Shown here one piece after another: positions 14,220-27,239 of a stretch of 64,000 bases of DNA. This DNA comes from Octopus sinensis (Eukaryota). The notes under the pieces were generated by a model that did not search any database, was not told the DNA's origin, and saw only the letters and a program-made list of their open reading frames with translations. The DNA is taken from positions 29,450,001 to 29,514,000 of the forward strand of contig NC_043015.1 in the NCBI RefSeq assembly GCF_006345805.1, read 5' to 3'. Both the position numbers and the translations under genes were made by a program. The first letter of the stretch is position 1, and each line of letters starts with the position of its first letter.

Positions 14220-14605
14220 TGTTTAACATCTCTGTATTTCGTCCGCTGTTACATTCTGAGTTCAAATTCCACCAAGGTCAACTTTGCCTTTCATCCTTTC
14301 GGGGTCAATTAAATAAGTACCAGTTACGCACTGGGGTTGATATAATCGACTTAATCTATTTGTCTGTCCTTGTTTGTCCTCTCTGTGTTTAGCCGCTTGT
14401 GGGTAGTAAAGAAATAGGTATTTCGTCTGCTGTTACGTTGTGAGTTCAAATCTCCACCAAGGTCGACTTTGCCTTTCATCCTTTCGGGGTCGATAATTAA
14501 GTACCAGTTACGCACTGGGGTCGATGTAATCGACTTAATCCCTTTGTCTGTCCTTGTTTGTCCCCTCTATGTTTATATCCCCTTGTGGGCAATAAAGAAA
14601 TAAGA
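14220..14605. mobile_element. Dispersed repeat family with an internal ~180-bp tandem unit, present in each 1.2-kb duplication unit
   Basis: GCCTTTCATCCTTTCGGGGTCGATAAATTAAGTACCAGTTACGCACTGGGGTCGATG; also seen reversed at 57740-58470. Confidence 0.7.
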
Positions 14606-15070
14606 AAACTGATAATCTTTAACATGGGGATGGTTCAGCTATATACATACGAAAAATAGCAAGTAACAAAGTTCTCCATTGCCAAGCTCCAAATGTTTTT
14701 GAATAGCTGTCTTCAGAACATCCTTCGGACAAGATAGCAAGACAGTCTCACAAACAAAGCCTTATGAGAACAGATGAACCAGTAACTTATCAAACCCAGA
14801 TCAAGAGATGAAGCCAGAGTTAGATGCCATTCCACATTTAGTTCTGTCCATGTTCACCGAGTTAAAATACTTCTTGTGTTGATTGTACTTTTCTTTTACT
14901 TTCTGGGCTCAATGAAGTAGGTAACAGTAACATGCCATTAGTGATTCGATGGCCTGTATGATTCACCTACAAATTAGTGAACCTTGAGTCTGTGTGATAA
15001 ATTAATAAATGTAAGATATTCACTGTTTTAATATGCTTATTCCAAAATTATTTCAAAACACAGAACTTAC

Positions 15071-15238
15071 CTCTGCCTGTTAGATGTGAATCATTTGAGT
15101 TGCTAGGAGGTTTACAGGATTTCTTGTGAAGAGGCCATGCTGATATTTGACAAGTTAATGAGCAATATTTTGTAATTTTGCATTTGACACAGTTCATTAA
15201 ATGTTCATCTAACTTTCCACAGTTATCACATTTTTCAG
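15071..15238 (-). CDS. Gene A MYND exon copy 3 (168 nt, phase 1-1)
   Basis: [40 protein letters not shown]; same splice sites as the other copies. Confidence 0.8.
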
Positions 15239-16287
15239 CTTCATAAATCAAGGAACCAACCAATGTATGTAAATAAAGATATACATCAACATATAACGAA
15301 GGTTTATTTTTCTTTTAAACAGATCTCATAAGAACGACAAAAATAATCAGTCTACTTATATAGGAAATCAAATGTAATTTATATTTTTGGTTGGTTTCTT
15401 CTTCAAACCAAAAAATAAGACAAAACAGTAATTAGATGATGTTATTTAATCATGTATTAAATGTTAATTATTGGATTAAATTAATTTGTTTAACATCTCT
15501 GTATTTCGTCCGCTGTTACATTCTGAGTTCAAATTCCACCAGGTCAACTTTGCCTTTAATCCTTTCGGGTCAATTAAATAAGTACCAGTTACGCACTGGG
15601 GTTGATAATCGACTTAATCTATTTGTCTGTCCTTGTTTGTCCTTTCTGTGTTTAGCCGCTTGTGGTAGTAAAGAAATAGGTATTTCGTCTGCCGCTACGT
15701 TCTGAGTTCAATTCCGCCAAGGTCGACTTTGCCTTTCATCCTTTCGAGGTCGATAAATTAAGTACGTTTACGCACTGGGGTCGATGTAATCGACTTAATA
15801 CCTATGTCTGTCCTTGTTTGTCCCCTCTATGTTTAGCCCCTTGTGGGTAATAAAGAAATAGGTACTTAATTTAATCGACCCCGAAAGGTTCTCCATTGCC
15901 AAGCTCCAAATGTTTTTGAATAGCTGTCTTCAGAACTTCCTTTGGACAAGATAGCAAGACAGTCTCACAAACAAAGCCTTATGAGAACAGATGAACCAGT
16001 AACTTATCAAACCCAGATCAAGAGATGGAGCCAGGGTTAGATGCCATTCCACATTTAGTTCTGTCCATGTTCACCGAGTTAAAATACTTCTTGTGTTGAT
16101 TGTACTTTTCTTTTACTTTCTGGGCTCAATGAAGTAGGTAACAGTAACATACCATTAGTGATTCGATGGCCTGTATGATTCACCTACAAATTAGTGAACA
16201 TTGAGTCTGTGTGATAAATTAATAAATGTAAGATATTCACTGTTTTAATATGCTTATTCCAAAATTATTTCAAAACACAGAACTTAC

Positions 16288-16455
16288 CTCTGCCTGTTAG
16301 ATGTGAATCATTTGAGTTGCTAGAAGATTTACAGGATTTCTTGTGAAGAGGCCATGCAGATATTTGACAAGATTTTGAGCAATATTTTGCAATTTTGCAT
16401 TTGGCACATTTCTTTAAATGTTCATCTAACTTTCCACAGTAATCACATTTTTCAG
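16288..16455 (-). CDS. Gene A MYND exon copy 2 (168 nt, phase 1-1)
   Basis: [40 protein letters not shown]; same splice sites. Confidence 0.8.
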
Positions 16456-17550
16456 CTTCATAAATCAAGGAACCAACCAATGTATGTAAATAAAAGATAT
16501 ACATCAACATATAACGAAGGTTTATTTTTCTTTTAAACAGATCTCATAAGAACGACAAAACAATATCAGTCTACTTATATAGGAAATCAAATGTAATTTA
16601 TATTTTTGGTTGTTTCTTCAAACCAAAAAATAAGACAAAACAGTAATTAGATGATGTTATTTAATCATGTATTAAATGTTAATTATTGGATTAAATTAAT
16701 TTGTTTAACATCTCGGTATTTCGTCCGCTGTTACATTCTGAGTTCAAATTCCACCGAGGTCAACATTGCCTTTCATCCTTTCGGGGTCAATTAAATAAGT
16801 ACTAGTTACGCACTGGGGTTGATATAATCGACTTAATCTATTTGTCTGTCCTTGTTTGTCCTCTCTGTGTTTAGCCGCTTGTGGGTAGTAAAGAAATAGG
16901 TATTTCGTCTGCTGTTACGTTGTGAGTTCAAATTCCGCCAAGGTCGACTTTGCCTTTCATCCTTTCGGGGTCGATAAATTAAGTACCAGTTACGCACTGG
17001 GGTCGATATAATCGACTTAATCCCTTTGTCTGTCCTTGTTTGTCCCCTCTATGTTTATCCCCTTGTGGGCAATAAAGAAATAAGAAAACTGATAATCTTT
17101 AACATGGGGATGGTTCAGCTATATACATACGAAAAATAGCAAGTAACAAAGTTCTCCATTGCCAAGCTCCAAATGTTTTTGAATAGCTGTCTTCAGAACA
17201 TCCTTCGGACAAGATAGCAAGACAGTCTCACAAACAAAGCCTTATGAGAACAGATGAACCAGTAACTTATCAAACCCAGATCAAGAGATGAAGCCAGATT
17301 TAGATGCCATTCCACATTTAGTTCTGTCCATGTTCACCGAGTTAAAATACTTCTTGTGTTGATTGTACTTTTCTTTTACTTTCTGGGCTCAATGAAGTAG
17401 GTAACAGTAACATACCATTAGTGATTCGATGGCCTGTATGATTCACCTACAAATTAGTGAACCTTGAGCCTGTGTGATAAATTAATAAATGTAAGATATT
17501 CACTGTTTTAATATGCTTATTCCAAAATTATTTCAAAACACAGAACTTAC

Positions 17551-17703
17551 CTCTGCCTGTTAGATGTGAATCATTTGAGTTGCTAGAAGATTTACAGGAT
17601 TCCTTGTGAGGAGACCAAAATATTGAGAAATATTTTGCAATTTTGCATTTGACACATTTGATTAAATGTTCATCTAACTTTCCACAGTAATCACATTTTT
17701 CAG
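17551..17703 (-). CDS. Gene A MYND exon copy 1 (153 nt, in frame, degenerate finger)
   Basis: CDYCGKLDEHLIKCVKCKIAKYFSIFWSPHKESCK; net 15-nt loss removes the Cx3C ligands, splice sites intact. Confidence 0.7.
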
Positions 17704-18429
17704 CTTCATAAATCAAGGAACCAACCAATGTATGTAAATAAAAGATATACATCAACATATAACGAAGGTTTATTTTTATAAAAGATAGAACTCACAAAAA
17801 TAAGAAAACACTCTCAGACTATTTACAAAGGAAGTCAAATATAATCTAAATTCTTGGGTTTTTTGCTTCAAATGGAACAAAAGAACAGAACAAAATGGTA
17901 ATTAAATGCTGTAATTCAATCCTGTATTGAATATCAATTAGTGGATTAAACTCCTTTGCATAATGTCTGCTTTTCCATGCTAGCCATAAGTTGGAGAGAA
18001 AATGTTTAAGGCTTAAATTTTACAGTCAGGTGCTTGCCCTGTCACCAACCTGTACTGGTTTCTCAAATAGGGGTTTTCCCTGCAGGTCTTTAAAAGTGCA
18101 GAGTGACCAGTTAAAATGTCAACATGGAAAGTTAAATATTATTCACTGTTGCACTCAAATGAAGCCCTATGTCAACATATTTGCACATTCAGACACACAT
18201 ACACAACAGAGTTTCTGCAATTTTTCTCTACCAAATTCAGTCATAAGGCATTAGCCAATCCAAAGATACTGCAGAAGGCATTCTGCAATATACATACATA
18301 TATACATACATCACCATGATCACTGTGACTGACCAAACTATCAGATGTTGCTACACATCGGTGGGCACAATGTGCTTCGCATTGTTTTAGACTTCAAATG
18401 ACGCCACCTTGCTGGCTAAGTGAGCAGGC

Positions 18430-19350
18430 CTTACATACATACATACGTACATACATACATACATATATACATACATACATACATACATACGTACATACAT
18501 ACATACATACATACATACATACATACATACATACATAAATACATACATACATAAATACATACATACATAAATACATTCATACATACATACATACATAAAT
18601 ACATAACTACATACATACATACATACATAAATACATTCATACATACATACATACATAAATACATACATACATACATACATACATACATACATACATACAA
18701 ACATACATACATATCTACATACATACATACATACATACATACATACATAAATACATACATACATAAATACAACATACATACATAAATACATTCATACATA
18801 CTACATACATAAATACATAAATACATACATACATACATACTACATACATACATAAATACATACATACATAACTACATACATACATACATAAATACATTCA
18901 TACATACATATACATAATACATACTACATCATACATACATACATACATACATACATACAACATACATACATACATACATACATACATACATACATACATA
19001 CATACATACATAAATACATACATACATACATACATACATAATACATACATACATACATACATAAATACATACATACATACATACATACAAATCTGCACAC
19101 ATACATACATACATACATAAACACATACATACGTACATACATACATACATACATACATACATACATACATACATACATAAATACATACATACATGCATAC
19201 ATACAAATCTGCACACATACATACATACATACATAAACACATACATACGTACATACATACATACATACATACATACATACATACATACATACATAAATAC
19301 ATACATACATGCATACATAAATACATACATACATACATACATATATATGG
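18430..19350. repeat. (TACA)n microsatellite
   Basis: Long imperfect TACA array. Confidence 0.97.
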
Positions 19351-19685
19351 AACCGCATTAGCGGTCAAGGTGATGAAATATAGGTGTCTCAGTGAACAGT
19401 AAACAAGGGAAGGGGCATAAATAATATTAAGCAATGAATATCAGTTTGGGGGAAGGTGAAGGGAATAAAAGGGGGTCGAGCAGAAGAAGGTGATAAGCGG
19501 ATTTCAAAAACAAGGGAGCGGGTGGAGAGCAGCATTGTAAGAAATAGGGAGAGCAGCATTGTAAGAAATGATGTGAAGTATGGGAGAGAGAGAGAGTGGG
19601 GTGGGATCAGTAATAAGGGGGGGAATCAAAGGCATATGCTTTAAAAATCTCCAAATATTCAAAAGAAATCGGAAAAGCCAATTAC

Positions 19686-22600
19686 CAATATCCTCTTTGC
19701 TCTTCACCTTGACTCTCTTTTTCTTACTCTTCCTCTTCTTGCTCACTTTCTTCTTACTGTCTATTCCACCATCTTTGCCCTTATAGTCCATATTTCCAGC
19801 GTTTCCCTTGCTAGCCTTTCTGTCACTATCCTTTCTGTTGATGTCAACTCTGTCGTCTGTCTTACAAGTGGCTCCGTCATTCTCTATATTGACACTGTTG
19901 ACATTCTTACGCTTTTTTCTTCTATTTCTTTTCTTTTTAGTCTTATTGCCTACCTTGCTGTCCACCTCACAACCATCCTCATCATCTACGCTCACACTGT
20001 TCTCCTTTACTGGATCCTTTTTGATAATTCCCTCCTTGCTATACTCATGGCCACTCCCTTTCTCATACTTCATCTCAGCATTAATTTCTGGAGCCTTACA
20101 ATTGCTTTTAGCATTTCCCTTGCTAGCCTTTGTGTCACTATCCTTTCCGTTGATGTCAACTCTCTCGTCTGTCTTACTAGTGGCTCCGTCATTCTCTATA
20201 TTGACGCTGTTGACATTCTTACTCTTTTTATTCTTATTGCCTACCTTGCTGTCCACCTCACAACCATCCCCATCATCAACGCTCACACTGTTCTCCTTTA
20301 CTGGGTCCTTTTTGATAATTCCCTCCTTGCTATACTCATGGCCACTCCCTTTCTCATACTTCATCTCAGCATTCATTTCTGGAGCCTTACAATTGCTTTT
20401 AGCATTTCCCTTGCTAGCCTTTGTGTCACTATCCTTTCCGTTGATGTCAACTCTCTCGTCTGTCTTACTAGTGGCTCCGACATTCTCTATATTGACGCTG
20501 TTGACATTCTTACTCTTTTTATTCTTATTGCCTACCTTGCTGTCCACCTCACAACCATCCCCATCATCAACGCTCACACTGTTCTCCTTTATTGGGTCCT
20601 TTTTGATAATTCCCTCCTTGCTATACTCATGGCACCCCCCTTCTCATACTTCATCTCAGCATTCATTTCTGGAGCCTTACAATTGCTTTTAGCATTTCCC
20701 TTGCTAGCCTTTGTGTCACTATCCTTTCTGTTGATGTCAACTCTTTCGTCTGTCTTACAAGTGGCTCCGTCATTCTCTATATTGACGCTGTTGACATTCT
20801 TACGCTTTTTTCTTCTATTTCTTTTCTTTTTATTCTTATTGCCTACCTTGCTGTCCCCCTCACAACCATCCCCATCATCAACGCTCACACTGTTCTCCTT
20901 TACTGGATCCTTTTTGATAATTCCCTCCTTGCTATACTCATGGCCACTCCCCTTCTCATATTTCATCTCAGCATTCATTTCTGGAGCCTTACAATTGCTT
21001 TTAGCATTTCCCTTGCTAGCCTTTGTGTCACTATCCTTTCCGTTGATGTCAACTCTGTCGTCTGTCTTACTAGTGGCTCCGTCATTCTCTATATTGACGC
21101 TGTTGACATTCTTACGCTTTTTATTCTTATTGCCTACCTTGCTGTCCACCTCACAACCATCCCCATCATCAACGCTCACACTGTTCTCCGTTACTGGATC
21201 CTTTCTGATAATTCCCTCCTTGCTATACTCATGGCCACTCCCTTTCTCATACTTCATCTCAGCATTCATTTCTGGAGCCTTACAATTGCTTTTAGCATTT
21301 CCCTTGCTAGCCTTTGTGTCACTATCCTTTCCGTTGATGTCAACTCTTTCGTCTGTCTTACAAGTGGCTCCGTCATTCTCTATATTGACACTGTTGACAT
21401 TCTTACGCTTTTTTCTTCTATTTCTTTTCTTTTTATTCTTATTGCCTACCTTGCTGTCCACCTCACAACCATTCTCATCATCAACGCTCACACTGTTCTC
21501 CTTTACTGGATCCTTTTTGATAATTCCCTCCTTGCTATACTCATGGCCACTCCCCTTCTCATACTTCATCTCAGCATTCATTTCTGGAGCCTTACAATTG
21601 CTTTTAGCATTTCCCTTGCTAGCCTTTGTGTCACTATCCTTTCTGTTGATGTCAACTCTGTCGTCTGTCTTACAAGTGGCTCCGTCATTCTCTATATTGA
21701 CACTGTTGACATTCTTACGCTTTTTTCTTCTATTTCTTTTCTTTTTATTCTTATTGCCTACCTTGCTGTCCCCCTCACAACCATCCCCATCATCAACGCT
21801 CACACTGTTCTCCTTTACTGGATCCTTTTTGATAATTCCCTCCTTGCTATACTCATGGCCACTCCCCTTCTCATATTTCATCTCAGCTTTCATTTCTGGA
21901 GCCTTACAATTGCTTTTAGCATTTCCCTTGCTAGCTTTTGTGTCACTATCCTTTCCGTTGATATCAACTCTGTTGTCTGTCTTACTAGTGGCTCCGTCAT
22001 TCTCTATATTGACGCTGTTGACTTCTTACTCTTTTTATTCTTATTGCCTACCTTGCTGTCCACCTCACAACCATCCCCATCATCAACTCTCACACTGTTC
22101 TCCTTTACTGGGTCCTTTTTGATAATTCCCTCCTTGCTATACTCATGGCCACTCCCTTTCTCATACTTCATCTCAGCATTCATTTCTGGAGCCTTACAAT
22201 TGCTTTTAGCAATTCCCTTGCTAGCCTTTGTGTCACTATCCTTTCCGTTGATGTCAGCTCTGTCGTCTGTCTTACAAGTGGCTCCGTCATTCTCTATATT
22301 GACACTGTTGACATTCTTATGCTTTTTATTCTTATTGCCCACCTTGCTGTCCCCCTCACAACCATCCCCATCATCTATGCTCACACTGTTCTCCTTCACT
22401 GGATCCTTTTTGATAATTCCCTCCTTGCTATACTCATGGCCACCCCCCTTCTCATACTTCATCTCAGCATTCATTTCTGGAGCCTTACAATTGCTTTTAT
22501 GTGATGGCCAATCATATTTCTGGCAGTCAATTGAACAGTAGTAAGTTGTTTTGCACTTAGAACATTTCCATAAAGGAATATTAGTTCTGAAACATGTTTC

Positions 22601-22891
22601 ACAACAGCTTCCCATTTTACCATTGGGACTGTCTTTTAAACACTCCTTTTTACTATCTGTCTTTTCATTATTTGATTTTTTTTTAATATTGGGACATGAT
22701 ACTTCTGATTCAGTCAATGGATTTATTTGATTCCGTGTAGTTTGAGGAGTAAAACACACTCTGCTGTGTTCTTTTTTGTGCTTTCTTTCACAATTTTTGG
22801 AACAATAGGAAACAATTTTGCACTGAGAACATTGATAAAGAGAAGCTTTCACCTGACCACAATTTTGGCAACAATCTTCAATTTTAACCAT
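19686..22891 (-). CDS. Gene A large first coding exon: 2 MYND fingers plus 9 K/D/E/N-rich repeats; two 1-bp deletions break the frame in this sequence
   Basis: ATG at 22891 (MVKIEDCCQNCGQ...); second finger CCETCF...CSKCK..YCSIDCQKYDWPSHKSNC; donor ATT G|gtaatt at 19686; frame breaks near 22020 and 20635; homologous to 44235-45390. Confidence 0.8.
19790..22500 (-). repeat. Coding VNTR, 9 units of ~290-312 bp
   Basis: GAGCCTTACAATTGC recurs near 20092, 20383, 20672, 20986, 21277, 21589, 21900, 22191 and 22481. Confidence 0.92.
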
Positions 22892-23924
22892 TTTGAATTT
22901 AATGAAAATCTGAAATATTAAAAACAAAAAAAAAAAGAAGGAATAATATTTTATAATTAAACAATTTCTTGCCTATTTGTTTTAAAATAAATAGAAAAGA
23001 AAAGCTACTGTGATGGTTAAGATTAAAAGGTACAAAACAACCAGTTATATTTATATGACAGGATATTTTTGTCTGATGAAATGAAATCACTATCTAATGT
23101 GCAATAGTATTTATGTCATCCATTTTTTTTGCTCAAACATCTGGATGTTATTTGGTTGGCTTGATGAACATATTTCATCACCTTCATCCCTGTTCTTCAA
23201 ATGGTCTTTCTGATTTATACCAGGTACACCTAAAAGGTTTAGGAGTGAGTAAAATAATTTCTCAGCTGAAAAAACATTTTAAATGTTGCTGAGGTCTCCA
23301 CCTTGGTGGACTATGTAATTTTTCCATTCTTTGCTGTTACAATCTGTGCCAGTTTTAGACACTATTCTATATTTAAATTTGGTTTTGATATCATATCAAT
23401 ATCTGGGTAGATGGGAAGAAAAGAAGAAAAAATATAAGCAAAGAGTGATATCGTTTTACTCTTTTTATATAAAATAGAATTTGATCAAAGGTTACAAAAT
23501 CTAATTTATCAGAGGTTACATAATCTAATCAATCAACGGTTAGACAGTCTAATCTAAGATAGAGAATCCAACAACAATTTTGCTCTATATATTAATTTAA
23601 ACTGTTTAATCTTTGGTTAATAAAAAAATAAGAGGTAGCCAGCTTTATTGGTAACTTAGTGTTGTATAATGAAACTCTATACTTCTCCTGGTAAAAAGTA
23701 GTAGGAAAGAGCCATTATAAATAGACCCCAAGTTGTCAAGAGAGAGTCGAGAGTCAAAGAATTGAGAGTTGACAGTTCTAGTTGGTGTCTTATGGAGCTA
23801 TCAGCAATCGCCTCCTTATAAATGGGCAACTACCACCTGAATCATCTCTTGTGAAAGGTAGAAGAGTCCAGTTTGCTGGACATTGTTGTAGAGCTGAAAT
23901 CGAGGTAATTTCTACTCTTCTCCT

Positions 23925-24300
23925 CTGGCTGGATGGTTTGACTGAAGACTGGTGAGCCAGAGGCTGCACCAGGCTCCAGTCTGATCTGGCAAAGTTTCTA
24001 CAGCTAGATGTCCTTCCTAACGCCAACCACTCCGAGAGTGTAGTGAGTGCTTTTACGTGCCACCGGCACGGGGGCTAGTCAAGCGGTTCTCACAACGACC
24101 ATGTTCAACTGTTGTTTTTCATGTGCCACCAGCAAATGTGCCAGTAAAGCAACGATCACGCTTGAATGGTGCTTTTCACGTGTCACCGGCACAGGAGCCA
24201 ATCCGTGACCCTGGCAATGATCACTCTCCGATGTGCTTTTAACGTTCCACTGGCACGAGGGCCAATCAGGCGGTACTGTCATCGGCCACGTCAGCAATTT
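23925..24300 (-). mobile_element. Diverged copy of the (GAT)n-tailed dispersed element
   Basis: GGCTGCACCAGGCTCCAGTCTGATCTGGCA...CTTCCTAACGCCAACCACTCC followed by diverged satellite-like units. Confidence 0.75.
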
Positions 24301-24374
24301 TGATTTTGATTTCACTTGCCTCTATAGGTCTTCACAAGCAAGGTTTATTGTCCAATGAATGAGGAGTATTCATA

Positions 24375-24383
24375 AATGGGCTA

Positions 24384-24428
<45 letters not shown>

Positions 24429-24642
24429 GCACACACACACATATGTATGCACACGCACACGCACACACACACACATATATGGGCTACACACACATACACA
24501 CACACGCACGCACACACACACACACATGTATGCACACGCACACACACACATATGTACACGCACACACACACACACACCCATATAATATGGGCTACACACA
24601 CACACACGCACACACACACGCACGCACGCACACGCACACACA

Positions 24643-24673
<31 letters not shown>

Positions 24674-24705
24674 GCACGCACACGCACACCACACACACAC
24701 ACATA
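24375..24705. repeat. (CA)n/(CACG)n microsatellite
   Basis: Direct reading. Confidence 0.95.
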
Positions 24706-24928
24706 ATAGGAAAAAAAACACTTTCATTTTTCAAAATGTTAATCCCATCCCCAAGATTTTATAGCATTCCTACACAATTGTGCGCCCCGCTGATATTGTC
24801 TCTTCCTAACTTCTAGAAAAATGGATATTTTTCAGTCAAATTTTTCTTTACAAATATGCTTCAGATGGTGCAAGGGATCTTCCCGATCATAAACGGAATT
24901 CTGCTTGCACACGTTTCCGTGACTTTTG

Positions 24929-25050
24929 AATTCGTCCGCTTCGTTTGCGCATGCGTATATGTATGCTACGCAAGGAGCAGACGACATTTCGAGCCAAGGA
25001 CGAAGTGAGTGGCGTGAATGAGGTCGCTTGGACTGCTAGAGACAACAACA
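24929..25050 (-). promoter_or_regulatory. Candidate promoter block of gene A with an NRF1-like GCGCATGCG motif
   Basis: AATTCGTCCGCTTCGTTTGCGCATGCGTA block is conserved with 51172-51295 upstream of gene B; CpG-rich in AT-rich surroundings. Confidence 0.45.
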
Positions 25051-25057
25051 GCCAAAC

Positions 25058-25059
<2 letters not shown>

Positions 25060-25155
<96 letters not shown>

Positions 25156-25214
25156 AAGAGAAGAAAGAAGAGAGAGGGGAGGGAGAGAGGGAGAGAGAGA
25201 AAGAAGAAAAAAAA

Positions 25215-25246
<32 letters not shown>

Positions 25247-25421
25247 AAAGAGAGAGAGAGGGAGAAAGAGGGGAGAAAAAAAGAGAAGAGAGAGAGCAGA
25301 GAAGAGGAGAAAGAAAGAAGAGAGAGGGAGGGAGAGAGAGGAAGAAAGAAAGAGAAAGAAAGAAAGAAATAAAAGAAAGAGAGAAGAGGGAGAGGGAGAA
25401 GAAAGAAAGAGAGAGAGAGAG

Positions 25422-25453
<32 letters not shown>

Positions 25454-25465
25454 GGAGGGAGAGTG

Positions 25466-25532
<67 letters not shown>

Positions 25533-25535
25533 ATG
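25060..25535. repeat. (GA)n/(GAAA)n polypurine tract
   Basis: Direct reading. Confidence 0.96.
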
Positions 25536-26035
25536 GAAGAAAATACAAGCTTCTTCGTTTTCAAGCCCTCATGAAATGTATTTTAACTTATCGAAAGTAG
25601 GCGGAATAATGAAAGTACGTTTGAGGAAAACTAGTGGGTCGTATAGTGGGACGTTGTCACGAGTAACCAAGCAAGGTGACGAGTTGGCGCAATTGTTAGA
25701 GTGTTGCTATAAATACTTCGCAGTATTTCTTCAAACTCTTTACATTCTGAGTTCAAATCCCGCCGAGGTTAACTTTGCCGTCGATCTGTCCGTGGTCGAT
25801 AAAAATAGGATACTTGTCAAGCACTGAGATTGACGCAGTCGATTAAAATTGTTGGCCCTGTACCTAAATTAGAAATAGTTATATTCTGCCATCGCCCAAA
25901 TATTTTTTTTAACTTACATTTCTAATGAAGATGAGGAAAATATTGAAGTTGGAACTGCAACAAATCCTCCCAGTTTCCCTTTACAATCTCACCCTCCACC
26001 CTATCTTATGAACAACAACCACAAAATATTAAATA

Positions 26036-26548
26036 TCTATATATATAAAACTGTAGTTGTGTGAGTGTCTGTCCCCTTCGATTTAGATTCCTAACTACTC
26101 CCACATTTTGCGGTACAGTTTAACTAAATTCGGGTATCTTATAGTCGTAATTCATATAGAGCCGTCTGAGTATTAGCGCGCGTCTACGATGAGTCTACGA
26201 TTTTAAAAATAATTTAACATAATTTTTTATTCCATTTTAATGCATAATTTTTCGTGTGTCGATGGCGGCGGAGTTGGCGTCCATGGTCACACCTGCACCT
26301 GTGTTGCTTCTCCCCCTTCTTCCCTCCCTCTTGAAGCTGTGGGGAAGGGAGTGTAAGGAAATCAACGTCGTAATGCGTTGTCAAGGAGACCAGCGTTCTT
26401 TTAGAACAACGACTTCATGGCTTGAAGACACCAAAACAGAAATGGCTAAGAAAGCCCGAATTGGCATCTATAAGGGAAGTAACTCTCTAAAAATGCTTAT
26501 ATAGTTATTTCCCTTACAAACCCGAGCAACGCCGGGCGATACTGCTAG
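26036..26548 (+). mobile_element. Non-autonomous Helitron with complete ends
   Basis: 5' TC and 3' CTAG, subterminal hairpin CCCGAGCAACGCCGGG shortly upstream of the end, inserted between A and T. Confidence 0.8.
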
Positions 26549-26689
26549 TATAATATAATATATAATGAAATTATTGTATACAGTGCTCAGGTGCACCACA
26601 ACTTGTCAAAAGTGCGTATAAAGTATATGCAGTAATGTACAAATGTCTGGAAAGCGAACAATGTATATGAGTCAGATACATGCTTGTGT

Positions 26690-26960
26690 GTGTATGGAGG
26701 GGAGAAAATCAGGTGTAGTGTTGGCAAATCTCAGGAAGCATGGAAGTTTTGAAGGATGCAGTGCTCCGACAACTAACAACTGATGCCGGCAGTTTGTTCC
26801 ATGCTTCAGCAACCCTTAGCGTCAAAAAAATGTTTCCTAAAGTCATGGGAGCTGTGCTGTTTTCTGACTTTGTAAATATGTCCATGGATGTTAGACGGGT
26901 AGAGTTTGAAAAGGTGCTCAGAGTTATTGCTTGTAAGATGGTTAATAATTTTAAACGATT
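26690..26960 (-). mobile_element. CR1/L2-like LINE ORF2 C-terminal fragment
   Basis: HGHIYKVRKQHSSHDFRKHFF/TLRVAEAWNKLPASVVSCRSTASFK, a typical CR1 ORF2 tail, with a frameshift. Confidence 0.75.
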
Positions 26961-27239
26961 TAACCCAATCACTCGCGATCTTTAACGACAACGCAAAAAA
27001 TAACAATGAAAATGAAAATGCTCGAAAGATCACAAAAATATAATTTAATTTACAACCACAAATATCCCCAGGGTAGCATTTCTCATGGAGGAAGCAGGCC
27101 TGTGTAGTTAAAGTTGTGAAGATAGAAAAGGGGACAAACTTCCAGGTTTTATTCAAATGGAGATGGTTTAAAACTTCTTAAAACTTGTTCCACATAATGA
27201 CGAAGAAAAAAAACTTTGTCATCATATTGAAAGCAACAA

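Larger units (their letters stand above)
13780..17800. repeat. Tandem segmental duplication with ~1.2 kb unit, each unit holding one MYND exon plus intron
   Basis: Exon starts at 17703, 16455, 15238 and 13993 (spacings 1248, 1217, 1245); intronic sequence is near identical between units. Confidence 0.93.

Noticed and set aside
18387-19434. YVCM/HTYI-type ORFs here and at 24332-25827, 28308-29644 and 56015-56617
   Set aside because: They are translations of microsatellites.
19808-22541. Long hydrophobic plus-strand ORFs resembling membrane proteins
   Set aside because: They are antisense shadows of the K/E/N-rich minus-strand exon, which carries the MYND fingers and splice sites.
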